From Ministeria vibrans ATCC 50519 (Eukaryota > Protista > Filasterea), in NCBI GenBank assembly GCA_943704425.1, contig CALSCP010000883.1:62001-125449 (forward strand): DNA of 63,449 nucleotides. Direction: 5' to 3'. A program made the translations under genes and the position numbers. Positions 16,101 to 30,513 of the stretch are shown piece by piece. The notes under the pieces were generated by a model, which ran no database searches, was not told the DNA's origin, and saw nothing but the letters and a program-made list of their open reading frames with translations. Positions within the stretch are counted from its first letter, which is position 1, and the number at the start of each line of letters is the position of its first letter.

Positions 16101-19100
16101 GAAACCCTCTACGTTGCGTTTCCCACCTCACCCTACACCGCTCAAGAGTGTTTCTTGCACTGTTCTCGTGCGGGATATTCCGTTGCAGGTCTGCGTCCTG
16201 GTGGCGCATGCGGCTGTGCTCAGTCACTCGCTTCGCTCGCAACTGTCTCTTCAGGCGAATGCTCAGCTGTGTGCACTAGTGGCGATGCTTGTGGCGGTCC
16301 CAACGGCCGTGTGTCAGTGTACTCGCGAGCTCACTATGGCTATGTTGGATGTTATGCGGACAATGTTAACACCGGTGCAGTGGCACTGGTGGCGCTACAG
16401 ACTCCGTCGCTTGCGGGCGGAGTGACGCCTCAAAAGTGCTTTGAGGCATGCACTGCGAGCTACAGCTATTTTGGACTGCGCGATGGCACCACTTGCGTGT
16501 GTGGCAACTCGCTCGGCGTCACCTCTCGCTCGTTGGACATTCACTGCAACCTGCCGTGCGTTGGAAACTCGTCAGTTGCCTGTGGTGGCGCGCTGGTGAC
16601 GTCGCTGTATCGCACTGGCGACAGCTGGTCTGCGGTCAATGCCACATCACGAACTGTTAATTCTTTGTCTACGAGCGAGTGTGTCTCGAAGGCGCAATTG
16701 GACGCATGGGACAATGGAACCACGGTGACGCAGGCGACGCTGGCCGACTGCCGCGACTTTTGCGCTGAATCTTCAGTGTACGCTGCGTGGGCACACACCT
16801 CGTTCAAGTGCCTGTGTCTCGACGACGCCTCAACGTACCTTCGTGATGGCACTGTGTCGTGCTCAAAACCCTTTGCTGTGTACCTGAGCGAGGCATCGAG
16901 TGCCGCCGCGCAGAGTACGTATGCCGTGTGTGACGCACTTCTTCCCATTGGCGACGAGGGAGCGCGTGACAGAGACAACACGACGCTGTTTCGTCGGCTG
17001 CACTCGAGCGGACCTTGTCGCTTGAGTGGCAATGCGCCCCTTGTTGCCGCGTGTTCAAGGGTGGCTGCCTGTGCAGACGCAACTCAGGGTCAGGAGTGCG
17101 CTGCGCTTGCTAGCAACGCCGCCGCGCGACTCCGTGGGTATGTCAAGGAGTGTCGCGTGGCCTCAGCCGGTGCGCCCGCCTGGATGAAGAACCGCTTTGA
17201 CGAGTCACTCGTGTCCAACGGTACGCTTCACCTAGGTGGCATGTCCCAAGACGGCACCATCGTGACTCCTTTGTCGGCGACATGGGATCGCAGTGAGCCC
17301 ACGGGTGCGGGGCACGTTGAAGTAGACGAGGCACAAAACAGCGTTCTTCTCGCACGCATGTTGCGCACCATGGGCGATGCGTATGCGGAAGAACACGCCA
17401 ACGAGGCACTGCCATACGCTGCCGACATTGGCAACACCGAACACTGCCACGGGGATCCCACCGAGTGTGCGGCCCTTTTCCCGGCTATTGTGCAGCTCTA
17501 CGGGCGCTCAACATCGCTTGAGCTTGTGAGCGGTCGTCGTTTGCGTTTCCTGGCGCTCGCTTCGATCAACCGCAACCTGGTGGGCTTTCTCGAGCCCGAG
17601 AGTTTCGATCTCACCTTCACGGCGTGTCTTGGCACAGCGCCACTTGTGTGCGACGTGGTCTCTGAGCGCTCTACGGATGCAGTGAGTGAGATTTTGTTTG
17701 ACAACCTGGCGCTCGCGGAGGGTGTACGCTACTATGCGACGGTAAATGCGACCAATCGACTGGGTCTCACGAGCACCTCCTTTTCCGACGGCTTCTACTT
17801 TGATCCTACGGTGCCCGAAGGTGGTGCAGTGCGTGACATTGCACACATGCCCGAGGGCAGCGTCGACGGTGCGTCGCCTGTCGATGTGGACGCTGTTGTA
17901 GGCGCCACCAATGTGTCCGTGTGCTTTGAGGTGTTCCAGACGAGCGTCACAAGTCCGATGGAACTGTACGAGGTGGGGGTGGGCCTCTTTCCCGGCAAGG
18001 ACGATGTGCTCAACTTTACGACGGTTAGCGAAACACCCGAGCGTGACTACGTCGATGGCAATGGCACACGTTGGCTGTGTGTAGCACAGGACCTCTCTGA
18101 AAGCGGTTTGCTCAAGCAAGGGGTGCACTACTTTGTGACAGTTCGTGGACGCAACGCCGGGAAATTGTGGGCACAGGCGCTCTCAGATGGCTTTGTTGTT
18201 GACGGCACAGCACCCGTGGCGGCCACCGACGCGCTGCGAGTGGACGATTTTGACGTGACGCTGGGCTACCTCAACCAGGCGGTGTTGCAATTGTCGCTGT
18301 CGTGGTCTGCCTTTGAGGAGGACACCGACACGGAGATGACCCTGCATGTGTCGCTTGTGGACGAAACTGTCGCGCCGCCCCTGCCCATCGAGTGGCTTCT
18401 TCTGGGCGGTGTCGAGCGTGCCATGGGCCGTCACACCTTCTTCAACGTGTCACTCATTGTTGGTCATGCTTACCGTCTGCGCGTGCGTGCCACCAATCTT
18501 GCCAGTCTCTCAACTGTGCGCGCCACCTCTGCGCTTGTCTACGATCCCACTGCTCCCGCCGCCGGCATTGTGCGCATCTCGGCAGCCGTACCCGTGGCGC
18601 TCACACCGGTCAATGCCAGTGACGACTATGTGATTACAGGCGAAACGCTCTGCGTTGTCTTTGGCAACTTTAGCGACCCAGACGGCACACCCATGCTGAG
18701 CTACACGGCGAGCGTAAGCAACGACAGTCTCAGCGAGCACATTTTGTTCACTTCGGCGCCCATCGAGTCGACTGGCGCCCCCTTCTACCACGTTTGTCTT
18801 GCGCTCGCGCTCACGGACCGCAGCGACTACTACGTGCGTGTGGAAGGCACATCGGCAGCGGCGCTCACGTCGACTGCCGTCGCACCGTCCGTACGTGCTG
18901 TGCTGACAGGTCCCGAGGGCGGCGTCGTCTCGGACGGCCCCGAGGCGCCCTATGTTGACGAAGACTACATCAGTTGTATGGTGCAAGATCGAGTGTACGA
19001 GTCGCACTGGCATCAGTTTCATTCGGAAAGTGCAGGTGGCATTGATGGCTATCTCGTCAGTTTGTTTATCGATGGGGACACGACGAGTGTGCCGCTGGTG

Positions 19101-22100
19101 GAAGCGCAAGTGGGCGCGAGTGTGTCCAACTTTACGTTTGTCTTGCCGGCCGACGTGCAAAATGTCGCTGTGCACACGCGTGTGCGCGCATACAATCGTG
19201 CACGAGTATATTCGGACCTGATGAGCGACGGACTGCTGTGTGACACGACGGTGGTTGACACAAGTGCCATGACAGTACTGCCACTGTGCGAAGCCTCTCG
19301 TGTGCGTCTCACAGGCTTTGTTGTTGTCCGTACGCTGTTTACCTCCCCCGCTCAGGTGTACTTCATTTCGAACATTGGCGATATGTGTGTCTCGTGGAGC
19401 GGTGCTGAGGATCTCCAGTCGGGCGTGGCCAGCTATGAGGTGGCACTGTCGGCGCAGGAAGACGAGGACGACGCCGAGGTGTTCCGTTTTGCAGGTGATG
19501 CAACCGTCACGCGTTTTGGTGGCTTTGGTGGCGTCGCGAATCTGACGGAGCGCCATGGGCTCGATTTGCTGGTCCACTATGTTGTGGTGCGCGCTACAAA
19601 CGGTGCCAATATGACGACGGAACATTCGTCGGGTGCCTTTGTGGTGGACAAGACTTCGGCGGTGATGGGTTCACTGAGCATCTCCAGCCTGGTTCACGTG
19701 GTGCCCGGCATTGGTGATGTGGCGCCGCGTGCTTTCTTGCCGAGCACCGACGAGTTGTGTGCGAGCTACATGGACGTGGCCGACCCCGAGAGTGGCGTGT
19801 ATACCCTCGAGTATGGCGTGGTAGACGTACTGAATGGCTCATTGGTGCAAGAATACACCTCTCTGACAAGTGATGCCTCGGGAACCGTGTGTGTGTCGTC
19901 GCTTGGACTTGTACAGGGCCAGGCAGTTGCCATGCAGATGCGCGCCACCAACGGCGCTGGTCTCGTGTCGCTATTCCGATCGGACTCGGTTGTAGTGGAC
20001 ACGGTGGCGCCGACGGAGGGCACACTCGCGGTGCGCGACCTGAGCCCCGCTGGCTACTTTGTGGACACGCGCGATGTGGTGTGTGCCGTGTGGGACAATT
20101 TTGACGATGCAGTGAGCGGTCTCCAGAAGATGGAGGTGTCGCTGACAGATGTGGGCACGTCGACGTTGCTTGAGAGCACCGTGGGCTACAACAACGCGAC
20201 GGCGGCGACGGCCGGTGCAGGTCTTGCGCTGGGATCGAGTGACGGAGTGTGCTTCAATCAAAGTGTGTTGGTGCAAGGACGTTCGTACCGCGTCACACTG
20301 GTGCTGACGGACTTTGTCGGACTTACGGCGAGTGCGACACGCGAGTTTCTTGTGGAGCGCACGGCACCCGTGATGACTACCAATTTCACGGTGCCATCGG
20401 GAATTGTGACGGGCACGGTGCAAGCGACGTGGGCCGTGGCCGACCCCGAGACGGGCATTGCAACGTGCGAATGGGGCTTTGGTACCCGGCCCAACATTAT
20501 TGACTTGACAGCGCCGGCGCTGCTAGATGGAGCGGCGTGTCACACGGGTGACCTGGACACGAGTGTGATTGCGACAGGTATGAGTGCGTATGTGACGGTA
20601 CACGTGACCAATGGCGCAGGCTTTCGCAGCACCTTCTCGTCGGCCGACTACCGCATGAATGCAGCGGTTGTGCGACGACGTCGTGAGACGACGAGTGACA
20701 GCAGCGGCGGCACCGACACGATGCGCGTCATCAACACACCGCCCGTGGCGGGCGACGTCTACGACGGCGGGTCGCTGTCCGAACGTCGCTTTGACTACTC
20801 GTCGGACGCCACGCAGCTGCGCGTGTCGTGGGAGCGTTTCTTTGATCGCAACGTTGCGTTTGACATTGACGTTGCGATTGTGCAAAAGGGGACGCTCGAA
20901 GATCCGCGTCAGTACGACTTTAACACGGAGTTGGCTGAGGGCGCAGCGCTGTCGTCGTTTGGAACAGTTCTCATTGACTATGTCGCGGTGAATTCGTCGT
21001 TGCACAACACGTCGTTGAGTGCGGCGCTGCTCAGCGGCAGTCCGTCGTCGTTCCCGGAAGGAGTGCGTCTGAGTGCATGTGTGCGTGCGCGCAACATTGC
21101 CAATCTGGTGTCGCGCACTGTCTGTACCAATGGCGTGTTGTTGGACACGAGTGTGCCGACGGCGGGCACTGTGCTCGACGGTATGTTTGGCGTGGACCAG
21201 CGCATCCAGGGGAGCAGTAATGGGCTTGCCGTGACCTTCCATGGCTTTTACGACGCGCAGTCGGCGCCGCTGACAGGCACTGCGGCGCCCGCAAGCGGTA
21301 CATTGCCCGTGCCTGGCACAGACCTCAGCAGCTGGGATGGTTCCTATGTGGCACCGGTGTTTCGTCATGGCCAGCCCATGACCTACGCGGTGGCGTTCTC
21401 GGAGATGAGCGGAGTGGACGTGGACACGCTCGAATGGACCTCTGCGGGCACGCAGACTGTCTTTATGCTGACGGGTCTGACACTTGAACATGAGCACCTT
21501 TACTATGTGTATGTGTGTGCCTTCAACCCAATGCTGTTGCGCGTGTGTGCTCAAAGCGACGGTATTACGGTTCTCACTAACACAACAGATCTAGCGCTGT
21601 TCGACACAACTCCACCGCGAGCGTTCACTGTGGTTCGAGAGCCCACCGCTGCCGTCACGGCCAACGCTACCTTTTTAGCGGTACACTGGCCAGTGTGCGT
21701 CGACGACACGTCTGTATGCAGTCACTGTCTGGTTTACCACTTTGACAACACTACGGATGCGGTGGTGTCGGTCGACCGCGTGGTCTATCCTGGCGTGGAC
21801 TTTGCCACGAACGCGCTTGCAATGGAATCGGGCCACGCCTACAGTGCGATTGTGTCGTGCTGCAATCAGGCGGACACCTGTCGAAATGTGTCCACTGCGC
21901 GCTTTACTGTGGATCTAACACCGCCACTGCTTGAGGTGGGACCGCTGGGCACGGACGTGGCGCTCTCGACCAATGCTAGTGAGGTGTTTGTGCAGCGTTT
22001 GGAGGGTGTGTCGCAGGGTATTTCGGTGTTTGTGCGTACCCGTGATGTCGAAAGTACTGCAGCCACAGCGTCGTACCGTGTGTGGGTGAATGGAAGTTTG

Positions 22101-23864
22101 TCATCGACAGCCTGGACGCGTTTTGCCGTGGAGAAGTCGGTGCAAATTCAGATTGTGAGTGCCACGGATGCCGACACGATTGCGATTGAGTTGACCAGCA
22201 CCAACTCGGTAGGTCTCGTGCGCACACGGACCGTCTCGCTTTCGATGGAACTGGCTACGTCGCGTCCGACACTCTCGCTGGTGTACCTGGGCGCGATGGC
22301 ACAAACAGAGGCGACGCTTGTGTACACGCAGGCAAGCAGTGAGTCGCTGCAGCTGCGTGGCGCATTGGAGCCTTCGAGTGTGTCGTCACCTGTGAACATT
22401 CTCTATCGAGTGCACGCCTTTGAGTTTGCAGCGTTGACTGCTTCCGTCGACGGAAACGTCACGATTGCTGCATTGGATGCGGCGCGATCGATGGCGGCCG
22501 CGGACACGACCACGTCGTGGATGCGACTGGTGAATCGAAATGCGGCTGACGTGGTACTGAACATGACGGCGGTGGCGGATGGTCGTCTGGTGTATGCGGA
22601 GGCGGTCGCTGAGAACTTGGCGGGTGCACGGAGCGACGTGAGCGACAGTCTCGCGTTGCTGGTGGTGGACCACAGTGCGCCTGAGGTGCGTGTGTGGGAC
22701 GGGCGCGTGTCGGGCGATGTGAGTGCCTTTGTGGAGGCAACGCCCGCCTGTTCGTGGTTTGTGACTGAGCCGCATGTGGCACTGGCGCAGGTGCGTGTGT
22801 GCATTCGCAACAATGTAACACACGAAGTGGCGTGTGCTACGCTTGATTCCACGACGCACACGCAAATCGAGCTGCGCGACGGCATGCATGCTTTTGCCGT
22901 GAGCGACGCCAACTTTGTCAACGGTACACGCTACTACTGTGCGGTGACGGTGACGAGCGAGGCTCAGTGGGTCAGCGAGACGGACGTCAGCGATGGTCAG
23001 GTAAAGTTCAATGCGGGTGCGATTGGCGTGTATGTGGATCGAGCACTGCCGCAACTATTTACCATTGCGATTCCGAGTGAGTCGCGCGAGAGCACGTCGC
23101 CCTGGGACCGCGTGCAGGTGCTGGTGCCACCAGCGGACTTTATTGGGGACAACACCAATGCGGTATGGATTGTGTTTAGCAGCGTGGCTGCGGGCATGCG
23201 GGTGTCGCTGGACGTGGTGGTGGAGCGTCGGAAGACGACGCTGAGCACGCACACTCCCGTGGTGTTGACCTTTTTGCCCGTGGAGAATGGTGCGACGGGC
23301 ACGAGTGAAATGGCGGGCAGTCTGGCGGGGTCAGTAGAGCCGTCGAGTGCGGTGACATCGGCGAGTTCGGGGTGCGGAGGCACGCCGACGTACGGCACGG
23401 ACGGCTCGGTGTCGGTGGAGGTGTGCACGAGTGCACAGGTGGGATTCCAGGAGGCCGCCGGTGGGTCCAACTTGTTTGCGATTGTGTTTGGCACAGTGTG
23501 GACACTGGCGGCGCTGGTGGCGTGTGTGATGCTGGGACGACTGTGGTGGATGCGACGACAGCTTGAGCAAGCGGACCCGGCGACTGGCAAGAGCTTTGGG
23601 GAACTGCGCTCTGAGCTGCAGCAGATGAGCACTATGCAGATGATTGAGAATGAGTGGCATGCGTCGCCCACCGCAGTACGCGACGCGTCTTTCATCGAGG
23701 ACGTGCCCGAGTCGCTGGGTCTGCCGCCTCGCTGGCGCGGCAAAGTTGTCAAACCGATTGCGGATCTTATTAACCAGGGGGTCAAGGAGACGGGCCAGCG
23801 CGCTCCTCTCATTGACGTTGACCAGATTACCGACTCGTCGTCGGTGGACGTTCTTTTGGAGTGA
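5827..23864 (+). CDS. Giant (~5,650 aa) type-I membrane protein: vitellogenin-N/LLT-like module, AMOP, degenerate GH24 lysozyme-like domain, many FN3-like repeats, fibrinogen/intelectin-like, FN2-like, two F5/8-type C (fucolectin-like), WSC domains, TM and short tail
   Basis: About 10 exons joined in frame through GT-AG introns: 5827-5994, 6189-6750, ~6850-7021, ~7203-8495, 8652-9734, 9834-10217, 10305-10492, 10557-~10663, ~10737-10846, 10929-23864. Signal peptide MLRLAVVVALALSSVFA, then SFDVNKSYRYEH. AMOP CPC..CCY..YRYRP. Repeated DxTPPxxGxVxDG...W..FxDPES units. YCDMTTAKGGW; WWQGD...VWNRAD; YVGCYAD. TM ~23472-23550. Confidence 0.85.
6133..6142. other. Assembly gap (N run); a second gap lies at 42199-42206
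   Basis: Ns in the sequence. The segment ctgtgaaacgattctttttg occurs on both sides of the first gap. Confidence 0.98.
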
Positions 23865-23937
23865 AATAGAGAGAAAGAGAGAGAGAGGGAGAGAGAACTT
23901 TTCATTACACTTTTTATTTTTCATAGTTGCTGATATT

Positions 23938-25326
<1,389 letters not shown>

Positions 25327-25556
25327 GCAGATTAATAATAATAATGAAATAAATTATAAATTAATCAGTCGGACTGTCAGAATTTAAGAAATTGAATGAT
25401 TAGTACGCATCAATGAAATATGTTAGGCTCGACCTTGTGGTAAAATCATGACGCACTCGACAGTTTTTTTCATCTTTTACTATTCTTTGTTGTTGTATAA
25501 CATCGTTTGTTTTTGTACTTACATCTATTTTTTCTTTGTACACAATAGTCTAAATA

Positions 25557-27205
25557 TTAGTCTTGGACGTAATAGACCTGTTGGAAGTGCGCGAGGTCAA
25601 CGAGAACTTGAGCAGCGGTATGGGCATGACGGCCCGCACGACAGAAGAGATAGACGGGCAGAGATGGACGCACGTCGGGTGCAAGAGACTCAATGCGACG
25701 CACAAACTGCGAGGGATCGGTGAAGGGCGCTACGTGCGCTGTGGGAAACAAATTACCGCTCTCGCCGTCGTGTTCCGATTGAGTACACACGTCAATGACC
25801 ACGTGTCCTTGATCAGCATTGATTAATGCTAACAGTGCCTCGGTCGTGATGCGATGCACATGTGCCACGTCCCTCTGGATGCCATCACTGCTGTCCAAAG
25901 CCACACTTCGATCGAAATATCCCTGTTCCATCTTCCAGTTGTGCTCCGAGGACACTGCCATGCGAAAGGAAACCTTCATGAGTGCTGTACGTTTCTTGGG
26001 AATAAAGCAGTGGTGTTGAAAGCGCGCAAAGTCGACGGGTGCGTCTACGAGGACACACGAAGAGACGGTGCGGAAGGGTGCCTTGGGACCACCACACTGG
26101 ATCTCCAGCGAACACACGTCCCTCCCTCGTGGCCATCCACCCCATTTAAGTCCTTCAAGACGCACCGACCGACCTTGACGCGACGCACGCACGATAGCCG
26201 CACTGTGTGGAATGTGAGCAGGACGAAAGTCGCGCGCGTACAGGGGTGTCGGGACAATCTGATGTGTACGCTTGGCAAACTCCGTCATTTGGCTGGACGC
26301 ACGGGTAGAAAGAGCGCGTGCCTGAACGGTACGAACCCACTTGATGTGTGTACAGCCGTACCAGCCAGGCAGTACGAGGCGCACAGGCATTCCGTGGTCA
26401 CGACTCAGCACTTGGCCATTCATGTGTGTCGCGAGGAAAGCACCCGACTCAGCCACGTCCTCCTTGCTCAGGATCCAGCTGGCGCCTGTATGCGACAGAG
26501 CAAAGCCCTTGGGTGGATGTGACGCTTGTGAGTGTGAGTCGTCACCGGTGATTTCGACGAAAGGTGTGCTGATGGTCATGAGCTCGCCAAGTGGCACACC
26601 ATGCCACTCAGCGACACTCATGAGACCCTGATCAAAAGCACGTGAGTTACCCGCGCATTCCATTACTGTGCTACCACACTTTCGAGCATGCTGTTGGAGC
26701 CAGAGAGCGCTCATATTTCGCTCAAGATCGCCATCTACAAAGAAAAAAAAGGCATGAAAATCGCTGGCAGACAGCACTCGTTCAAGGTACTCTGAGTGAG
26801 AAATGACACGTTCCAACGCGACGCGTCAAAGTCCAGAATGCCGTCGGGAGCTTCACTTCGAATGTAGAAGTTGCTGAGGTCCGTCGGCAGGTGTGTGAGG
26901 AGCGGTGTGAGGTGCGAGACGCGACGCGCGTCCAGTCCTGCAAAAACCTACACAGCCCCCGCACACACAAGTGAGCGCGCATTCGGCACGGGCGAGCCCG
27001 CAGAAACCTTCTTGCCGTGAGGATAGACAGCCTTATTGTGCCCGCGGATGGTGAGAAGGCTGTGCATTTCACTGGGGACGTGAGAGACAAGATCAACAGA
27101 GAGAAACATCGTGAACGCGCTGTAGGCGCACAGCGCAATAAAGACTCCGTAGAGAGCCGCCTGTGACACGTGACATCGTATTCGGTCGTGTCGATCGTGT
27201 CTCAT
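25557..27205 (-). CDS. Molybdopterin-dependent oxidoreductase (sulfite oxidase family) with N-terminal TM and C-terminal rhodanese domain
   Basis: Spliced (introns ~26948-27007 and ~26735-26790): GLDARR..NFYIRS, MECAGN (Mo-ligand Cys), EWHGVPL, MNGQVLSRDHGMPVRLVLPGWYG..IKWV. Rhodanese VVIDV..EH...YLFCRAGRHA. Confidence 0.88.
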
Positions 27206-27299
27206 GACAGCAACGGCCAACGTGAAAATTTTGAAAAAAAAAATGAATTATTTTTGAAAATTATTCGACAATCAAAACTTTTTTTGTGCTTTGGCCTTT

Positions 27300-30200
27300 A
27301 TGCTTCGGTTTGTTCTGTTTGCTGTTCTGGCAGTGGTGCACTGCCAGGCTGCGTCAAAGCCAGGCATTGCGCTGTCTTTTAAGGAAGGTTCGATTGGTTC
27401 TCTCTTTCTCTCTCTTTCACACACACTCTCTCTCTATCTCTCTTTCTCACTCACTGACACACACACACGCCTTCTCTCGATCGTATGCCCAGGTGAACGG
27501 GTCCAGATCCTTGCGAACAAGGTTGGGCCCTTTTTTAACCCGTCTGAAACATACGACTACTATGAGCTGCCCGTGTGCCGTCCAGCGACGATTGTGCGCA
27601 TCACCGAGACGCTCGGTAAGCACTCGTCCCTACTGTGTACCAGCCCCACCCTTTCAACGCTCTCTCTCTCTCTCTTCCGTCGTCAAACGCCCAAAAAATC
27701 AAAATCGTTGCAAAGTTGAAAAAAAAAAAAAAAAAAAAAAAAGCGTGTCAGTAAATGCGACACTCTTTTTCGTGTCACTGCCCGTCGCGTGCAGGCACAT
27801 CGATGCGGCTGCGTGTCCTTGGCTATCGTCGCATTGTGCTACTCCTCGGGGCGCCTCGACGCAGCAGGCGGCTCATGGCTGGTGTTTTGTGTAGGAGAAG
27901 TGTTGACGGGCGATCGTCTCTCGCATTCGCTCTTTGAGATCAACTTTCGCGAGGACTTTGAGTCGAAGCGACTGTGCCAGCTGCACCTGGAGGGAAAGTA
28001 TACGGACCGGTTGCACGAGGCGATCGAGGACTATTACTACTTTGAGTTTGTGGTGGATGGACTGGAAGTGTTCAACTTCATTGGCGACCTGGAAGAGGTC
28101 AATCTGCCCTTTCACCACCACCGCTTCTTTCTCTTCGTCCATTTTCACTTTGACTTTTTGTACAATCCGGACGGGCATATTATCGCGACCAACGTTACCA
28201 TGGCGAGCAAACCACCGCACGACATTTCGCGTCGCGACAACATCTACGACATTGACATTACCTACTCGGCACACTGGCGCCCCACCTCAGTTCCCGTCGG
28301 CAAGCGTCTCTCGGTCCATGGCGACTCCTTTTTCCCCAAAGCAATGGAGATCCATTGGATGAACATTGTCAACTCGGTTCTATTGGTCGTTCTCCTCACA
28401 GGTACAAAAAACTGCACGAACCTTTTATTTTGCGCTCACTGATTTGTTTTATTGTAGCTCTTGTTCTTTTGATTTTGTCTCGAGTGCTCTCGTCAGACAT
28501 TATGCGTTACAGTCGGGAAGACGAAGAGTTGGACTCGGTTGATGATTATGGCTGGAAGCAAGTGCACGGCGATGTGTTTCGTACGATAGTGTGTGTGTGT
28601 TTGTGGTGTATTATTGGACATTGTTATTGTTGTATTTTCAGAGATGGAGAGTATATATATATGTATATATATATATATATGTGGTGTATTATTGCGTAAC
28701 ATTGTTATTTTGATTTCTATGTGAATGTGTTGTGATGCGGTTTGTGTGTTTCTTTTTAGGCTTCCCTCCTTTGAAGAATCTCTTCTGTGCCATTGTGGGT
28801 GTTGGATTTCAGTTTGTCATTCTTGTGTGCATTGTGCTACTCTTCTCGCTCTTTGGCTTCTTCTCCCCGCACAACCATGGTTCAATGCTCTCTGCACTCA
28901 TCATCTTTTACGCAATGAGCTCAGGTGTGTACTGGTGTTGTGTACCATTTGTCACTCAACCCGCTCCTCCCACACACTTACTTTTTCAGGGTTTGCGGGT
29001 TTTGTCTCTGGACGTCTGTTCCGTCAAATGGGCGGCACCAACTGGGTGTACAATATCCTTCTGACTGCGTCACTTTTTGCGCTTCCCTTCTTTGGCGTCT
29101 GGTCCACCATTAACACTGTTGCGTGGTACTACAATGCCACGCAGGCACTCCCTTGGACCACTGTTCTTGTTGTTATGCTCATCTGGCTTTGTGGTGCGTA
29201 ACACGAGTGCATGTTTCACAGCAAGAATCATGTGTATGCGTCATATTTATTTGCATTGTATTGCAGTTGGATTCCCATTGACCATTTTGGGAGGTATTCT
29301 GGGCAAGAACAGCAAAGCACAGTTTGATGCGCCCACTCGAACCAAAAATATTCCTCGGGAGATTCCCGTCGTGCCCTGGTAAAGAACATTTTTGAGGGAG
29401 AGAAAAAGAGTTGGTATGAGTGAGAGACTGAGAGATTGTATCTTACATTTTAGGTTTATGTCGTCTCCGATACAAATGCTTGTGGGAGGATTCCTTCCGT
29501 TCTCAGCCATCTCCGTTGAGCTGTACTATGTGTTTTCGTCGCTGTGGGGACGAGAGTCGTACACTTTGTTTGGCATTCTTCTTCTTGTCTTTGCCATTGT
29601 GTTGCTTGTGGCTGCCTGCATTACCGTCACTCTCACGTACTTCCAGCTCAGCACTGAGGACTATCGTTGGTGGTACGGCTAATGATTTTGTGTGTGTGTG
29701 TGTGTGTATGTTTAAATGTGTACTTATTTCATCTCTTTTCGAATTTGTACTCTTCTATCTCTTCGTTTCATGTGTGATTTCAGGTGGCAAAGCATTCTCA
29801 ATGCGGGTGCAACTGGTGCCTTTGTCTTTGCTTATGCGACTTTCTTCTTCCATTACCGCTCAAACATGTCTGGTGTGTTCCAGACTGTTCAGTTTTTTGG
29901 TATGCTTTACTTTTTTGATTCTTTCTTTTGCATCTCACTCTACTCAAATTGACCTATGAGCTGCGACATTGTCTCAGCATCTCTTTCTCTCTTTTATCAC
30001 AATGCTTTTCTATCACTTAACAGGGTTCATATCACTTTGTTTTGTTTTATCACGTTACGTTCATCATTTTGTTCCCATCACTTGTTTCTCCTTATCTTTT
30101 TGTTTCTCACTCTCTGTCACTTAATTCCTCTACATGACATTTTGATATCTGATTCACTTGATCTCTCCCATTCACTTTTTGTCTGTCACATGCTAACCCT

Positions 30201-30331
30201 CTCTCGCATACACCCTGTTAGGCTACACTTCCATCATTTGCTACGTCTTCTTCCTTATTCTCGGTTCCATTGGTTTTTTCTCGTCCCTCAGCTTTGTCAA
30301 GCATCTTTTTAAGCAACTCAAAACTGACTGA
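27300..30331 (+). CDS. TM9SF1: Transmembrane 9 superfamily (nonaspanin/EMP70), TM9SF1-like
   Basis: [79 protein letters not shown]-terminal KxD (LKTD-stop). Confidence 0.9.
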
Positions 30332-30513
30332 GTTTCGGTGTGAGTTGTTCTCGCTCTTGTTTGGTGTTCCTCTCTCTGTCTATCACTATCACTTTGTTTC
30401 TTTCTCCCTCCCTCCCTCCTCTCTCTCTCTTTCTTTCTCTTTTTCTTAATGCAAATCCCAATGTACATCAAAAATTACCAAAAAAAAAAACACATTTCGT
30501 ATAGTATAAAGTG

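Noticed and set aside
22997-23905. Long antisense ORFs within the giant exon and other GC-rich genes (e.g. 18510-19625, 20523-21554)
   Set aside because: Shadow ORFs expected from GC-rich codon usage; no motifs.
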